Shown piece after piece: positions 37,693 through 50,666 of a stretch of DNA of 64,000 bases (position 1 is its first letter; every line of letters starts with the position of its first letter). Source of the DNA: Octopus sinensis (lineage: Eukaryota); the NCBI RefSeq assembly GCF_006345805.1, contig NC_042998.1:4092001-4156000 (forward strand). The letters run 5' to 3'. The translations under genes were made by a program, and so were the position numbers. The notes beneath the pieces are model-generated. The model saw only the letters and a list, made by a program, of their open reading frames with translations, did not search any database and was not told the origin of the DNA.

Positions 37693-37870
37693 ATATATAT
37701 ATACACATGTATGTATATATATATATATATATATACACATGTATGTGTATATATATATATATATATATATACACATGTATGTATATATATATATATAATA
37801 TACACACATGTATGTATATATATATATATATATACACATGTATATATATATATACACACATGTATACATA
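37550..37870. repeat. Minisatellite of (TA)n-cacacatgtatg units
   Basis: About nine variable-length units are visible. Confidence 0.9.
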
Positions 37871-40192
37871 CAATCCTGATTGAATATCGTTAATGCTGTC
37901 ACACACAGCGACACATACTCATAGACACATAGACTCACAATCTTGTGACTGTTTGGTGTGTGTGCGCATGTATAGTTTTGTCTACGAGCCAAACATTAAC
38001 TGGAATATTGACATGTTGATGAGGTTAATCCTTTCTCTAGTCTTTGTCTTCAGCCATTTTACAAAAGTGCACTACAGTTGACTAACTGTTTGTGTCTGTG
38101 CATCATAACAGTTTCCTCTCTCCCGCTTCATGCTGAAAAATAGAATGTTAATCATTTCCATTCATTCACCCGTTTCTTAGAAAATCAGATCAACTATTTG
38201 ACTGGTATTAAATTATGTCTATGGAGCTAAATCACTTGTTTATATATAGAAAATGTGGAGTTGTATTTTAGTTGTTGAATTTTTCATGTTGGTTTCCAAA
38301 AGCAAATTTGAAAACCAATAAAGCGTAGTTGAAAACCAAGCAGTAATAACTAATCTCCATTTGATTCAATATAATTTTGACAGCATGCAACTAAGTCGGT
38401 TATTCATTCCTGTCCAGTAGAAATCAGTATTTTTCGAGTCAATGAACGCTTTGGAAATGTCTTCTCTGGTTGTCTGCATTTGAAATTGTTTATTGGTCAT
38501 ATATTGTCAACGCACTTACAATTCTCGAAAGAAATGTAAATCCGCTGGGGAAAGGTTTTGTTAATGAGGTAGATGAGAAAGGGACTCAGTTTCCAATTCA
38601 TTGATTTCTGAAATATAGTCCTTAACACACACACACATGCATATACACAAACGTGTTATGAAGGAAAATAACGGTCATTTTACTGGTAAAAACTGATTGT
38701 TTTTCTCGCGGTTGTCGATGCGATTTGTTTAGTTTGACATCAGTTTTATCCAGTGATTTCTCCTTCTATAAACCAGGTAATTATAGTGGCTGACAATGTA
38801 ATTATTTTAAACTTAAACTGAGAAAAATGTTTTAAAATTTCATTGTCTTTAATTTTCACTTATTCGAAACAAATAATATTTTCATTACATCGAGGAAGTG
38901 TATTATTTTAATTCTCTACACATATTTCTCTAGACTGGTGATGTGGATTGCAGTTTCACTTCTATATCAGACAACGTTCCACTGATTTTTCTACCTTCAA
39001 TAATAACTAGACAATAACTACCTTTCTAGACAATGACTAACTTCTTTCTACTTGTATACAAATGGTTAGCTATTACATTTGCTCTTCACAACGTTTTGGG
39101 AGATTATGTAATTTTACGTAAGGATCAAATTCGGGTACTTTTACTAATTAGCTATTATCAAATGAACATTGTCTTTCTCACGTTTCCCTATATCTTCACT
39201 AGTATTATCATCACCAGTAAACCACATAACCATAAACGGACTTCTCATAAATGTTACTACTGATTCGCATTGCAGTCTCGTTTCTGTTCATCCAAGTTTC
39301 AACGCATAAATATCATTTGAAAATCTTGTATATCGATTTTATTAAAAATCACTCTACTGAAAATATAAGTATCAAGTGTGTAATTTGAAATGATATTCTA
39401 TAATATATGAGAAGTTACAATTTAATCAAAATTTAGATTATTGATGTTAGTCGAAAAGAAAATCACCAGCTATTAGTGGGCAACATCGTTTTATAATTTG
39501 GTTGGTGAAGATGTGCACATAATGTTTATAGATCCACCTTCTTAAGTGAGGTAGATATATTTGAATTACTGACGGATAGTGCACGTAGACAATTCCTAGG
39601 CAAGTAGGGAGCCCAAGGATGTTTCAGCTTCCGGAAGAAAAGCTGCTCAGAATTGGATTTGTTTGGTAAAAGAGAGTGCATGTGGTGAGGAACTGAAGAG
39701 GGCAGGTAGCTTCCCAGTTTTGAAAAGCAGAATTGATTATCTTAGTGGTAGGAGTGAATGCACGATGAAACTCAGCGCTTGTGAGCTAGTGGTTGTTGTC
39801 TGTAGGAGAGTGCGTCTGTATTACACTACTGGATGCTTCTTTATTGATGTAGTTGCCGTTGTTTTTGTGAGTTAACAATATGATAAATGTATACTAGTCT
39901 GCCTGACATTGTGGCTTTTAAAAATCTTTTAAAAGAGAAAGCAGGTCAACGTCCTTGGAAATTTATATTTCCAGGGCCACTGTGACTAATGGGATCGAGA
40001 GACCAAAATAACTTAAAGCCTGAGACCTGACATTAATGCTTGCAACAGGGTAAAATGTGCTAGAAGATATAATATATGTTAAATCAGTCGATGACACTTC
40101 TGTACATAATCGGTTGGTAACCTAGAGTAAAAATATAAAACAAGGTTTTGGGATTATTTTCTTTCCAAGTAATAGATATGCTGAAGGATACC

Positions 40193-40426
40193 TATTTCTT
40201 TACTACCCACAAGGGACTAAACACAAAAGGAACAAACAAGGATAGACAAAGGGATTAAGTCGATTACATCGACCCCAGTGCGTAACTGGTACTTATTTAA
40301 TCGATCCCGAAAAGGATGAAAGGCAAATTCGACCTCGGCGGAATTTGAACTCAGAACGTAGCGGCAGACTAAATACCGCTAAGCACTTCGCCCGGCGTAC
40401 TAACGATTCCGCCAGCTCGCTGCCTT
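40193..40426 (-). mobile_element. SINE family B1 (3' member of a dimer)
   Basis: Full copy abutting the 17-bp direct repeat at 40176-40192. Confidence 0.9.
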
Positions 40427-40429
40427 ATA

Positions 40430-40680
40430 ATAAATGCGCCTTTTAAAGCCTAGCCAGGCTCATGGGCCCGGTTTCCTGTTTCTATGGCGTATGTGTTCCC
40501 TAGCTGGACGGGACGCCAGTCCATCGCAGCGTTACTAATTTTTGCCAGCTGAGTGGACTGGAGCAACGTGAAATGAAGTGTTTTGCTCAAGAACACAACG
40601 CATCGCCCGGTCCAGGAATCGAAACCACAATCTTAAGATTACGATGCTGACACCCTAACCACTAAGCCACGCGCCTCCAC
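40430..40680 (-). mobile_element. tRNA-derived SINE, family C (5' member of a dimer)
   Basis: gtggaggcgcgtggcttagtggttagg (A box)...ggtttcgattcc (B box)...ttcttgagcaaaacactt...gcgatggactggcgtcccgtccag. Confidence 0.85.
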
Positions 40681-41922
40681 AATATGCTGAAAGATACCGA
40701 TGAGTGAATGGGGATATCTTTTACATATAAATATGTGCATGTATGTGTGTTCTTGTATATGAGTTCCTCTTCCTTATGTGATTACAAGAAATCTAGGCGA
40801 AATGGTAACGTACTGCAGAAGAAAGAACGTTGAAGGCATAACCAAGAATAGAAATAGATTTAAGAATGGAGCTGAAAGTGACGGTCCCTTTGACAAACAT
40901 TCGATGGGGTGGTCAGACTGAAAATATCCTGATGGAAGTATTCGAGAATAATCGGTTTTGCTGTTCAAGGAAACATTATGACCTTTTATTAAAATACTCC
41001 TGTGGTGTGAAAAGTAAATATATCTGTAGTCACTAAAAACGAAAGAGAAGATTGGACATTCACGACTGTACCATGGTATAGAAGATGCTGGGAGTTAAAA
41101 AAACCTGGTAGTTGGTGTCGGGGTCAAAACGATTGATGTACTATTCCAATGGGTTATGGGATAACTAAACATCATAAGGGTGTACTAAGCTTCTTCATGA
41201 GTAGCATTTAACCTCAATGTCCTTGGTTGAAATAAAGGTTAGACCAAACGAAGAACAACTTCGAACTTATGCATTTGAACCACCGCAATACTGAAAAAAA
41301 CTAAAAGGCTATAATAAGTTCATAGGATACAAAGGTTTTATGTATATACATCTTCACTTGCACTCTCAAATGTTAAATTTAAAATCTATTGACAAATTGT
41401 ATTCTTTATATATATTCATCGCATGAATACAAAGCTTCTGTAATAAACTTAATTGTTAACAAAAGGCACCTTCATTATAAGACAATAAATAGAAATATTT
41501 TGCCACCGAATAATTACACACACAAACACACTCTCTCTCCCTATCCCCATCTTTCTCTCCCACACACATGAATGTATTTGTGGTATTTATGTATGTACAT
41601 ATGTAAAAGGTATTATTAATATACACGTGATTATGAGGAAAATACACGATCCTGTAATTTTAAGTATTTCTGTAGGGTTACTGAGAACGGAAAATGCACA
41701 AGCATCCCAGTACAGGTATATTTAAAAAAGATTAGAATAACTTGAATAAAGGTAATTTTGAAAGTTATTCCAGACAAAGTTATTCCAAACTGAGTTCTAA
41801 TTCTCAGTGAATCATCCATTTGTACTCCTGATTGATTTTCCTGTTTAAGTTTCAAGAAGGTTTCCTCGAGGCATTTTTTGTCTGCTGTACTTACTTATTT
41901 TGCAGTTAATATGTTGGTTTGT

Positions 41923-42064
41923 GTGGAGGCGCGTGGCTTAGTGGTTAGGGTGTCAGCATCATGATCGTAAGATTGTGGTTTCGATTCCTGGACCGGACGA
42001 CACGTTGTGTTCTTGAGCAAAACACTTCATTTCACGTTGCTCCAGTCCACTCACCCGGCAAAAA
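41923..42064 (+). mobile_element. SINE family C, 5' half
   Basis: Near-identical head to the 40430-40680 copy. Confidence 0.85.
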
Positions 42065-42412
42065 TAATCTTCTTTTGGGGTTTCTAGGTTGGCAATCAAA
42101 AGCGACAGTTATATTACTGGAAATCGAATATCTTCTGTATTGTACAATAAACGCTGGGTTTTCTTCAACCTCATAACGATCAGGGTGAGCAATCTTTTTA
42201 ATAATAAAATGAAAGTCAATAACGTACCTAGACTGACTACAATGTTATATAGGTATTAGAAGTGGCTGCTCTTTGTTTTATAAGCATATTCATCAACTTT
42301 CCCAAAACGTTTGCTGAAGTCTGAAAGCAGTTCAATATCTACTGCTAGCACCACCGTTCATCTGCTTAAAACTGCATTGCTGAATCTAAGTGTGCTTGTG
42401 TGTGTGTATGTG

Positions 42413-42443
<31 letters not shown>

Positions 42444-43969
42444 TGTGTGTGTGTATGTGCGCGTGCATGACTAGTATGGCTTTAACGCTGCTACCAACAG
42501 CTTTTGTAATCGTTCTGATGCTATCTGAAGAGTGTTAGGTTTGTATTATCCTACCAATCTAGATCACACTGTTTAACAGAAGTGACAGTGGGTACTCTAT
42601 ATTTTTATTTATTTATTTTAATTAACACGCAGCAGTAACTCTCAGTTTTTTTTTTGTATTTTAGCTAAAGTTTTCAAAATTACGGAATAGTAATTAGTAA
42701 ATGATTTCATCTGAGATCGTGTAAAAACTGAAGAAATTATATAATAAAAGGAAGAAGGATTTTAGACATAATAAAGCTCTTATATTAACTTAGAAACTGT
42801 TTATTAACTTTATGTGACTAAATAATCTCCAAAGCAATTGTTAAAAGCAGTTACTGACGAAATTTTCCAAGTTATACGGAACTTCAATGGAATATCTAAG
42901 CCTGCAGCATAATTGATGTTTGGCCTTTTTTGACGTAAGCAGCCGTTAGTAATCAATAGGTTCTCTTCTGATATGTCCTTCTCTAAGTCTGAGTATATAC
43001 TCTAAGTATATGGTGTTGTCACTTTATTTTCATTGGTTTATTTATTTTCCCATAGGTGCAGGTTTCGAATCTATAGCACCGCAACACCGTTTGATATGCA
43101 TGTTCTCTTCAAGATTTAATTATTTATAGTTTTCCTGTAAGGACAGGGTTGGTTTCTAATACAAATGCAAAGCTCTAATGTTCGAATGTAGATAATAAAA
43201 ACAATTTTACATTTTGAACTCGAGAAACGTCTACGGTTGTACCCATTCGTTGTTTGTCAAAGAGATATTCACATCAGCAGGTCTGCTGACTTTTATGACG
43301 GTACCAGTATATGATTATATAAGCAATGTATACCATTTCCCTGATAATCTACTAGGTGACAAACATAGGAGCTCTATGTGAGATGTACAAATTCTTCTGT
43401 ACTATGAACAAACGTGGGCGTCATACTAAAAATCATGGATCTATAAAATTGTTCTTGTAGACAACTAGTACACATAATCAACGAGATCTGAGATAGTTTA
43501 ACTGATCCTTGCTTGCAATTTATTCGTAGTTTCGAACAGATTAACAATTCAGCAAATTTTTATGGCATAGTCAATGGGAAAAGGTAGCACTAATGAATAT
43601 TGTCAGGATCCTCAAAACAGAAGTCGAGAGGGTGGCAGCTAAATCTTCACTCCAGTAAGAAGACCTAACCTAAATGTTTGCAGACAAAGTGCACTCCGCC
43701 AACAGCACTCAACGTCTGCTTATTGAAGTTAAACAAGAAGACGGAAAAACCTTATCACATAAGCTTATGAAAATCTCTCCAATGAGCTTCAGTATACGTA
43801 ATATTCACCTATCTAATTTCACTAACAAAGCTGTGTTCGACCGTAGGCTACTGGGGAAGGTGTGTTACAGTGACAGCAAATTGGAGATCACGAAGCTGAG
43901 AAGCGAATTTCTTAACCACGCCGCCACATCTGCACGTATATAATTATAAATCCACATACACAAATACAT

Positions 43970-44005
<36 letters not shown>

Positions 44006-44008
<3 letters not shown>

Positions 44009-44074
44009 GAATGGTTGTATACTGTCAATCTAACACGAACGTGACAGTAGATTGACAGTATACAACCATTCTAT
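44006..44074. repeat. Perfect 27-bp inverted repeat with a 15-nt loop
   Basis: atagaatggttgtatactgtcaatcta / tagattgacagtatacaaccattctat, next to (TA)n. Confidence 0.92.
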
Positions 44075-45224
44075 CGCCCCACCACCGTACATGTCTCTAC
44101 GAGAGATTTAGAAATTTAGTATTTCTGATATATATATAATCATACAAACTTAAAATTGTTATTGTGTGAAGTTATTGTAGATCGATATTTGCATTAAATG
44201 CCTGTAGTAGGAATTTGAAAGTTGTTTTTCATTGAAATGTGAGCGATCGATTTTCTATTATAAATTTATATTTTGTTTTCCTATTTTATATGCACACATT
44301 CATTATCTTTATAAGTAGTTCATTAGAATTTAGATTACAAGTGAAAAATGAAACGAAACATATAGCTTATCACTCGAGTAGTCTGTCATTTTTTCATTTT
44401 TCTTTGGTTCATTTTTTTAAGCCATCAAACCCTTGTCAAGGGAAAGTGTATAAACAATAGTGAAATTAGTAAATAAAAAAAGCAGACAATAAAGAGACGT
44501 AAAATCGAAGAAACATTTATAGATGATTTTATAATACTCGCTATTCTTCCATTTTACTCTAGAGAATTAGCTCACATGAGCTTTTAGGTGGTAACATAAT
44601 TTAACACCTCTAAGAGATTGTCCAGATACAAAAGATAGTGACATTATATCTTCTTTCAAAACAAAAGTTCAGAAATTAGTTTGACAATAGAATTTAAACA
44701 CACATGCACACAATTAAAACAATCACTCAAAATTAAAACACATACACATAATGCAGACATATATAACAAATTATAAAAGATATCTCATAATTGTGATTAA
44801 ATCATTAGACAACACCTAATATAAAAATAAATTTGGTCAGCATATGGTTGTTCATTATATGTGGATTTTTAAAATAGTGCTATGAGAAAAAAATCGTTTT
44901 AAAGAACTACTGAAATAATAAAAAGAATAATTTAAAAGAACATATATTATTGAATCTCACAGTTGAAATCCATTGGTAAATATTTAAGTTGCTTCAATTC
45001 CGATAGATGCTAATGCGATAGAATACTATCAAATCTGGTGAATCAAGTCAGTGTCACACGTTCAATTTTGATTCTATTCGCTTTTTACTTACAAAAAGCG
45101 TTAAAAGAATTCTCAGTTATCTTACAGAAAATTAATTACCAGCCATAATTAAGATGATGGGGATGTTATTTTCAATCGTATGTGACTAATATTACATAGT
45201 CAATTATATAAAAACTGATTAGAA

Positions 45225-45378
45225 TATTGGTTTCAAATCTCGGCACAAGGCCAGCAATTTCGGGCGAGGGCTTAAGTCTATAACATTAACCCCAGTGCTC
45301 AACTGGTAATTATTTTATCGACTCTGAAAGGATGAAAGATAAAGTCGACCTCGGCAGAATTTGAACTCAGAGCGTAAA
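45225..45378 (-). mobile_element. SINE family B2, 3' part
   Basis: ggcacaaggccagcaatttc...gtcgacctcggcagaatttgaactcag. Confidence 0.8.
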
Positions 45379-46256
45379 AATAATTGGAAAATTAAATGCT
45401 TGGAACATCAGAAAAAATATCCAACGTTATTCGAGCTTCAAGCTTGACATTTTAAACAAGTCCTAAAAAATATGCTGTCAGACTCACTCAAAAAATAAAA
45501 AAAAAAGGAAGTGTAACATTTCAGATAAATCCTAGATTTTTTATAAAACTCTAAATTTTAAATGTTTATTAACCTAATGTATTGTATGCGTTCTTCACTT
45601 CAGATTTATTATATTTATTATTTACTTTGTCTGGAGATCTTTCGTCACATATCCTGTGATCTCTTCAACGTCTCTACAGTCTGATTTGTTTTGTCCATTC
45701 TGTCTTTCTGACGAAAGATTTCCAGACGAAGGACATAATAATAAATCTAAAGTGAAGAACGAATATATAGTGCGTATGTTTATTTGGGGAAAAAAATGAT
45801 TATACCGAAATATAACAATAGTTGTTATAGCACACGATTTCACGTCAGGAATCTTGCAAAACAAATACATAAACGTGAGTCTTTGTATTATTTTAAAGAT
45901 AAAAAAATGGTAGTGAAACAACTGACTTCCTTCTTGATAACACGCATGAGATAAATGATCGATGTAGCAAACGAAGAGGGGAGCATTCAACGCAAATCAA
46001 TGTAGGAATCTCTTGCGAGAAAGTAGTAGACAACTCTGGATATGACCCGCTGCAATCATAGAAAGATAATGAGCCATTAGGTAATGTGGCTTCACCTTAG
46101 AAAGTACTCTACATTCAACAGTGTAATTTCCTTTGGCCTTTAGTCTCTTCGATCTCAGCATGGCTAAATAACAACTAAAGCAACAACAACATTAGCTGAT
46201 GTGGGAAAATATTCTTTTAGTGCAAGTATGTATTCTAAGAGAATGTAGTTGCCAAA

Positions 46257-47514
46257 CACGAGGGGTGTTCATTAAAGATTACCCCTGTCCCATTTCCCAA
46301 GGATTGGGATAAACGAAACTTGGCATAATTATTAGTCCTTCTCTACATAGCCACCACCAATGGTGACACACTTCTCCCATCGCTTTATGCAGTTGTGGAG
46401 ACCTCATCTGTAGAAGTCGTTAGGTTGCGTCTGGAGCTAAGACTTTACCTCGGCAATAAGTTCATCATAATCCGAGAAGTACTTTCCCTTCAAAAATGAT
46501 TTCATGGTTGGAAGTGGGTGAAGTCAGAGGGTACAAGGTCAGGAGAGTAAGGGGGACGAGGAGTGATTTCATGGCTGCACGAGTGTGCTTTCATCTGAGC
46601 AAAATGCACATTGTGAACTCGGGCGTTGTCTTGGAGGAGGCGGACTCCTTTGGTCACCCGCCACGCCTCTCTGCTTTGACGGCATCCCGCAATTTCTGCA
46701 GCAGAGAAGCATAGTTTGACCCGTTAATTGTGGTGCCCTTTGCCAGAAAATCCATCATCACCACTCCGTGATGGTCCAAAAATATTGTGAGTGTGAGCAT
46801 CACCTTACCTGCTGAGGATTAGACAGAGCCTTCCTTGGGGGTGGTCAGTTATGCTTCGACTGGACTTTAATCTCAGGGTCATAGTGAAGGACCCATGTTG
46901 TATCCCGTGTGATAAGTCTGCCGAAAAAGTCCTGGATTTTTAGGCACATTGTCAAAAGAGTCTGGGAAAAAATTGACTCGTCCCTACTTCTGAAAAGGTG
47001 TGAGCATCCACATGTGTAAATGATCGTGAATTATTTTTTCCACGGACCCTACCCTTGTCTTCACTTCTTGCGCTAGTTACCAATTAATTATGCGGTGATC
47101 CTCCAAAATGGCGGCTCCCACTTTATGGACGGTGTCATCTTCAATGGCTGAATGGGGTTGTCCATGAATAGAAGCAGTTTCCACCAATGTCCGACTACAT
47201 TTGAATTGGCGATGCCAGTGCTTGACTACGTCGATTGCTAGTGCATTGTCACATTAAATTTCTTTCGTCTCATTGAAAGTCTCTTTTGGTGTACAACCTT
47301 TCAAGTATAAGAACCTGATCACTGACCTGCATTCAACTGCTTCCGTTAAAACACCTTACTCCACTTCAGTAGCCATAAAAGACAAACGAAAACTAGTGGA
47401 AAGCTGCAATTTACAATGTCACATGAAGAGACACGTATGATTATATCTATACAAGGTCCGTTAGCTGCAATAACCGGAAGTGGTTTGGGAAATCTTTAAT
47501 GAACACCCCTCGTA
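46257..47514 (-). mobile_element. Full-length (~1.26 kb) mariner with a decayed transposase
   Basis: 28-bp TIRs (c/t)acgaggggtgttcattaaagatt(a/t)ccc at both ends. The minus strand gives ECRSVIRFLYLKG..VVKHWHRQFK, LLQDNARVH and PPYSPDLVPSDF, with stops. Confidence 0.92.
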
Positions 47515-47744
47515 ATATAATAGCGATGAGAGTAATGATGATGTTGATGACGATGGTGATGGTATTAGTAACGACAGTGAAGATGAAAATGAGGAAAAAG
47601 AAAATCAAAACTTCAGTGATGTTATTAACATTTTTGGATGTGATGGTGAAATTTTACAGAGTTTGAACGGCAATTTCAAGTTTTTAATTTTGCGATTAGA
47701 ATTGTGTGCGTAAGTATTGATGTAACTGGGACTCCATCGGAACA

Positions 47745-48010
47745 GCTTGCTAAGGAAATCAATGTGCAAGTGATTAAACACTCCACAGACACACGTACGA
47801 TTAACGTAGTACTCAGGGCGTTCAGTGTGACATAAAATGTGACAAGGCCAGCCCTTTTAATTACAGGTAAAAGTCACTTTTGCCAGCTTAGTGGATTAGC
47901 ACAACGTAAAATAAAGTGTCTTAGTGAAAGACACAACGTGCTGCCGGGAATCGAGCTCACAACCTGTCGATCGTGAGCCGATTACCCTAACAACTAAGCC
48001 ACGTGCCTCC
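47745..48010 (-). mobile_element. SINE, family C-like head with a different 3' part
   Basis: tggaggcacgtggcttagttgttagg...gagctcgattcc...aagacacttta; the same 3' part occurs at 49635-49935. Confidence 0.7.
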
Positions 48011-48032
48011 ATGTATATAAAATAGTATTAAT

Positions 48033-48264
48033 GGTGGTGGCGCTGGCAGAAACGTTAGCACGCCGGGCGAAATGCGTAGCTGTATTTCGTCTGCCGTTTC
48101 GTTCTGAGTTCAAATTCCGCCGAGGTCGACTTTACCTTTCATCCTTTCGGGGTCGATGAAATAAGTACCAGTTACGCACTGGGGTCGATGTAATCGACTT
48201 AATCCCTTTGTCTGTCCTTGTTTGACCCCTCTGTGTTTAGCTCCTTGTGGGTAGTAAAGAAATA
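48033..48264 (+). mobile_element. SINE family B1
   Basis: Full copy in sense orientation. Confidence 0.9.
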
Positions 48265-49214
48265 TATACGTAACCGATATGACAGATTTGTTTGAAGAAA
48301 CCAGTAGCACAAAGATACTTGTCAGCATTTAGTGTTTGCGTCATTCCTTACGTAAAATCTGGTCGTGAATGTGAAATATTAGAATTTGAAAATGCGTAAT
48401 ATACTTAGAGGAAATTAAATATTGAAGAAAACGTTTACGTTTGTTCTGTCAGCTTTCTTATACTAATAATTCATTGTGGCCATGAGTATGAATTGCTAAC
48501 ACGTACCGTGCTCTTATTAATTGTTTTAGATATCTATGTAGTTGTGAGCAAGCACAGACAGTCACTTCAAACCTCCTATTCCTGACCGAGGGGAACATCT
48601 GGGATTTGACAGCCAGCCGGAGAGAAAGGAGAGAAACAAAGAGAGTGAGATAGAGAGAAAGAAAGAAAGAGTGAGAGAGAGAACGGCCTGCACCAGCCTT
48701 AGGATGATACTTATACTTTTCACTTGTGCCGAATGTAACTAGAAAGGAAGTGATTTGTTCATGCACACAACGCACCACCCAGTCCACTAATCGAACCTAC
48801 GACCTTTTGATTGTGAGCTCAGATCACAATACTCTAGGCCACTTACCTTCACTATTGTCAGAGTATTTAATGATATCGCTTATTTGGTTGTGGGCGTTGT
48901 ATTATTTTCTATGGTTTCTCTGTGTTGTTGCTAGTCTTATTCGTGTTAGTTTGCGTATCTTTCTGTGTATTTAGTTTCATTTATCAGCGAAGGGATTTGT
49001 TGAAGTTCTTAAACATTACAAAATCATATATGTAATAGCAAAAACATTAGAGAAAGGCCATATTTGGAAAACATTTCAAATGACACTTAACGACACATAA
49101 CAGCTTTGCTTTAAAAGGAAATATGTTAAAAGTACAGATTTACGGCAAATGCAAATGTTATTGAGTTTCAACTAAGTTACTTTCTGATAACAACCTTCAT
49201 AATTTCCATACATA

Positions 49215-49630
49215 GGCATAGGAGTGGCTGTGTGGTAAGTAGCCTGCTTACGAACCACATGGTTCCGGGTTCAGTCCCACTGCGTGGCACCTTGGGCAAG
49301 TGTCTTCTACTATAGCCTCGGGCTGACCAAAGCCTTGTGAGTGGATTTGGTAGACGGAAACTGAAAGAAGCCCGTCGTATATATGTATATATATATATAT
49401 GTATATATGTGTGTGTGTTTGTGTGTCTGTGTTTGTCCCCCCAACATCGCTTGACGACCGATGCTCGCGTGTTTACGTCCCCGTAACTTAGCAGTTCGGC
49501 AAAAGAGACCGATATAATAAGTACTAGGCTTACAAAGAATAAGTCCTGAGGTCGATTTGCTCGACTAAAGGCGGTGCTCCAGCATGGCCACAGTCAAATG
49601 ACTGAAACAAGTAAAAGAGTAAAAGAGAGT
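49215..49630 (+). mobile_element. SINE family A
   Basis: Full copy with gtaaaaga tail. Confidence 0.9.
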
Positions 49631-49634
49631 ATAT

Positions 49635-49935
49635 GTTTGCGACATTAAATTGTAAATGGCTTGACTCTCCTCGGTTACAATGACGAGTGTTCGCTTGATA
49701 CGATCAAAGGAACAGCCTGCTCGTGAACTTAAGGTGCAAGTGGCTGAGCACACCTTGACATATTTCTCCGGGGTATTCAGAATATGAAAAGACTGGCCAG
49801 GTACAACTCACATCTGCCAGCTGAGTGGACTATAGCAACTTGAAATAAAGTGTCTTGTCAAAGACAGTGCACCACCGATAGTCGAACTCACGACATTACG
49901 GTTGCGAGCCGAACACCCTAATCACTAAACCATGC
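49635..49935 (-). mobile_element. SINE, family C-like variant, degenerate
   Basis: ggtttagtgattagggtgttcggctc..gagttcgact...gacaagacactttatttc. Confidence 0.65.
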
Positions 49936-50181
49936 ATTGACATTTTAAATAATAAATATGTATATTGGAGGACAATCGTTGATATGAGATTGTATAGCTG
50001 TAAGGTTACGAAATTCACTTTGCAGCCATTATACATATCTTCATGGTTCCAGGTTCGAAATCACTACACAAAATCTTAAGAAATTGTCTGAAATCTAGTC
50101 GTATACATACGCGCGCGCACACACATACACACAAAGAAACATACATACATACTTACATGCATACATACACCGACATACATT

Positions 50182-50234
<53 letters not shown>

Positions 50235-50370
50235 TTGTCTGTGTGTCTGTCTGTCTATCTGTCTATCTACGAGTGAGAGGAGAAACGAAAGACAGAGGCA
50301 CTCAACACATCAACACATCGGAGTTAGATATATTATTAATCTTTATTTAAAACAGTATGAGACCAAATCT

Positions 50371-50666
50371 GGAGGTGCAATGGCGCAGTGGTTAGGGCAG
50401 CGGACTCGCGGTTTCGATTCCCAGACCTGGCGCTGTGCGTGTTTATTGAGCGAAAACACCTAGCTTTTGCTCCACGAGTCTCCGGCAGGTGGTGGTGGCG
50501 ACCTCTGTTGTACTCTTTCGCCACAACTTTCTCTCACTCTCTCTTCCTGTTTCTTGAGTAACGCTGCGATGGACTGGCGTCCCGTCCAGCTGGGAACACA
50601 TACGCACAGAAACCGGGAAACCGGGCCCATGAGCCTGGCTAGGCTTGAAAAGGGCGAAAAAAAAAA
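50371..50666 (+). mobile_element. SINE sharing the family C 3' module, with a different head and middle
   Basis: ggaggtgcaatggcgcagtggttagg...ggtttcgattccc, then gtaacgctgcgatggactggcgtcccgtccagct...ctggctaggctt, then an A-tail. Confidence 0.8.

Noticed and set aside
37550-37870. Regularly spaced repeats resembling a CRISPR array
   Set aside because: The spacers are (TA)n, not unique sequence; this is a minisatellite with no cas genes.
50371-50425. tRNA gene-like sequences (A and B boxes) here and at other SINE heads
   Set aside because: No complete cloverleaf; they continue into SINE bodies.
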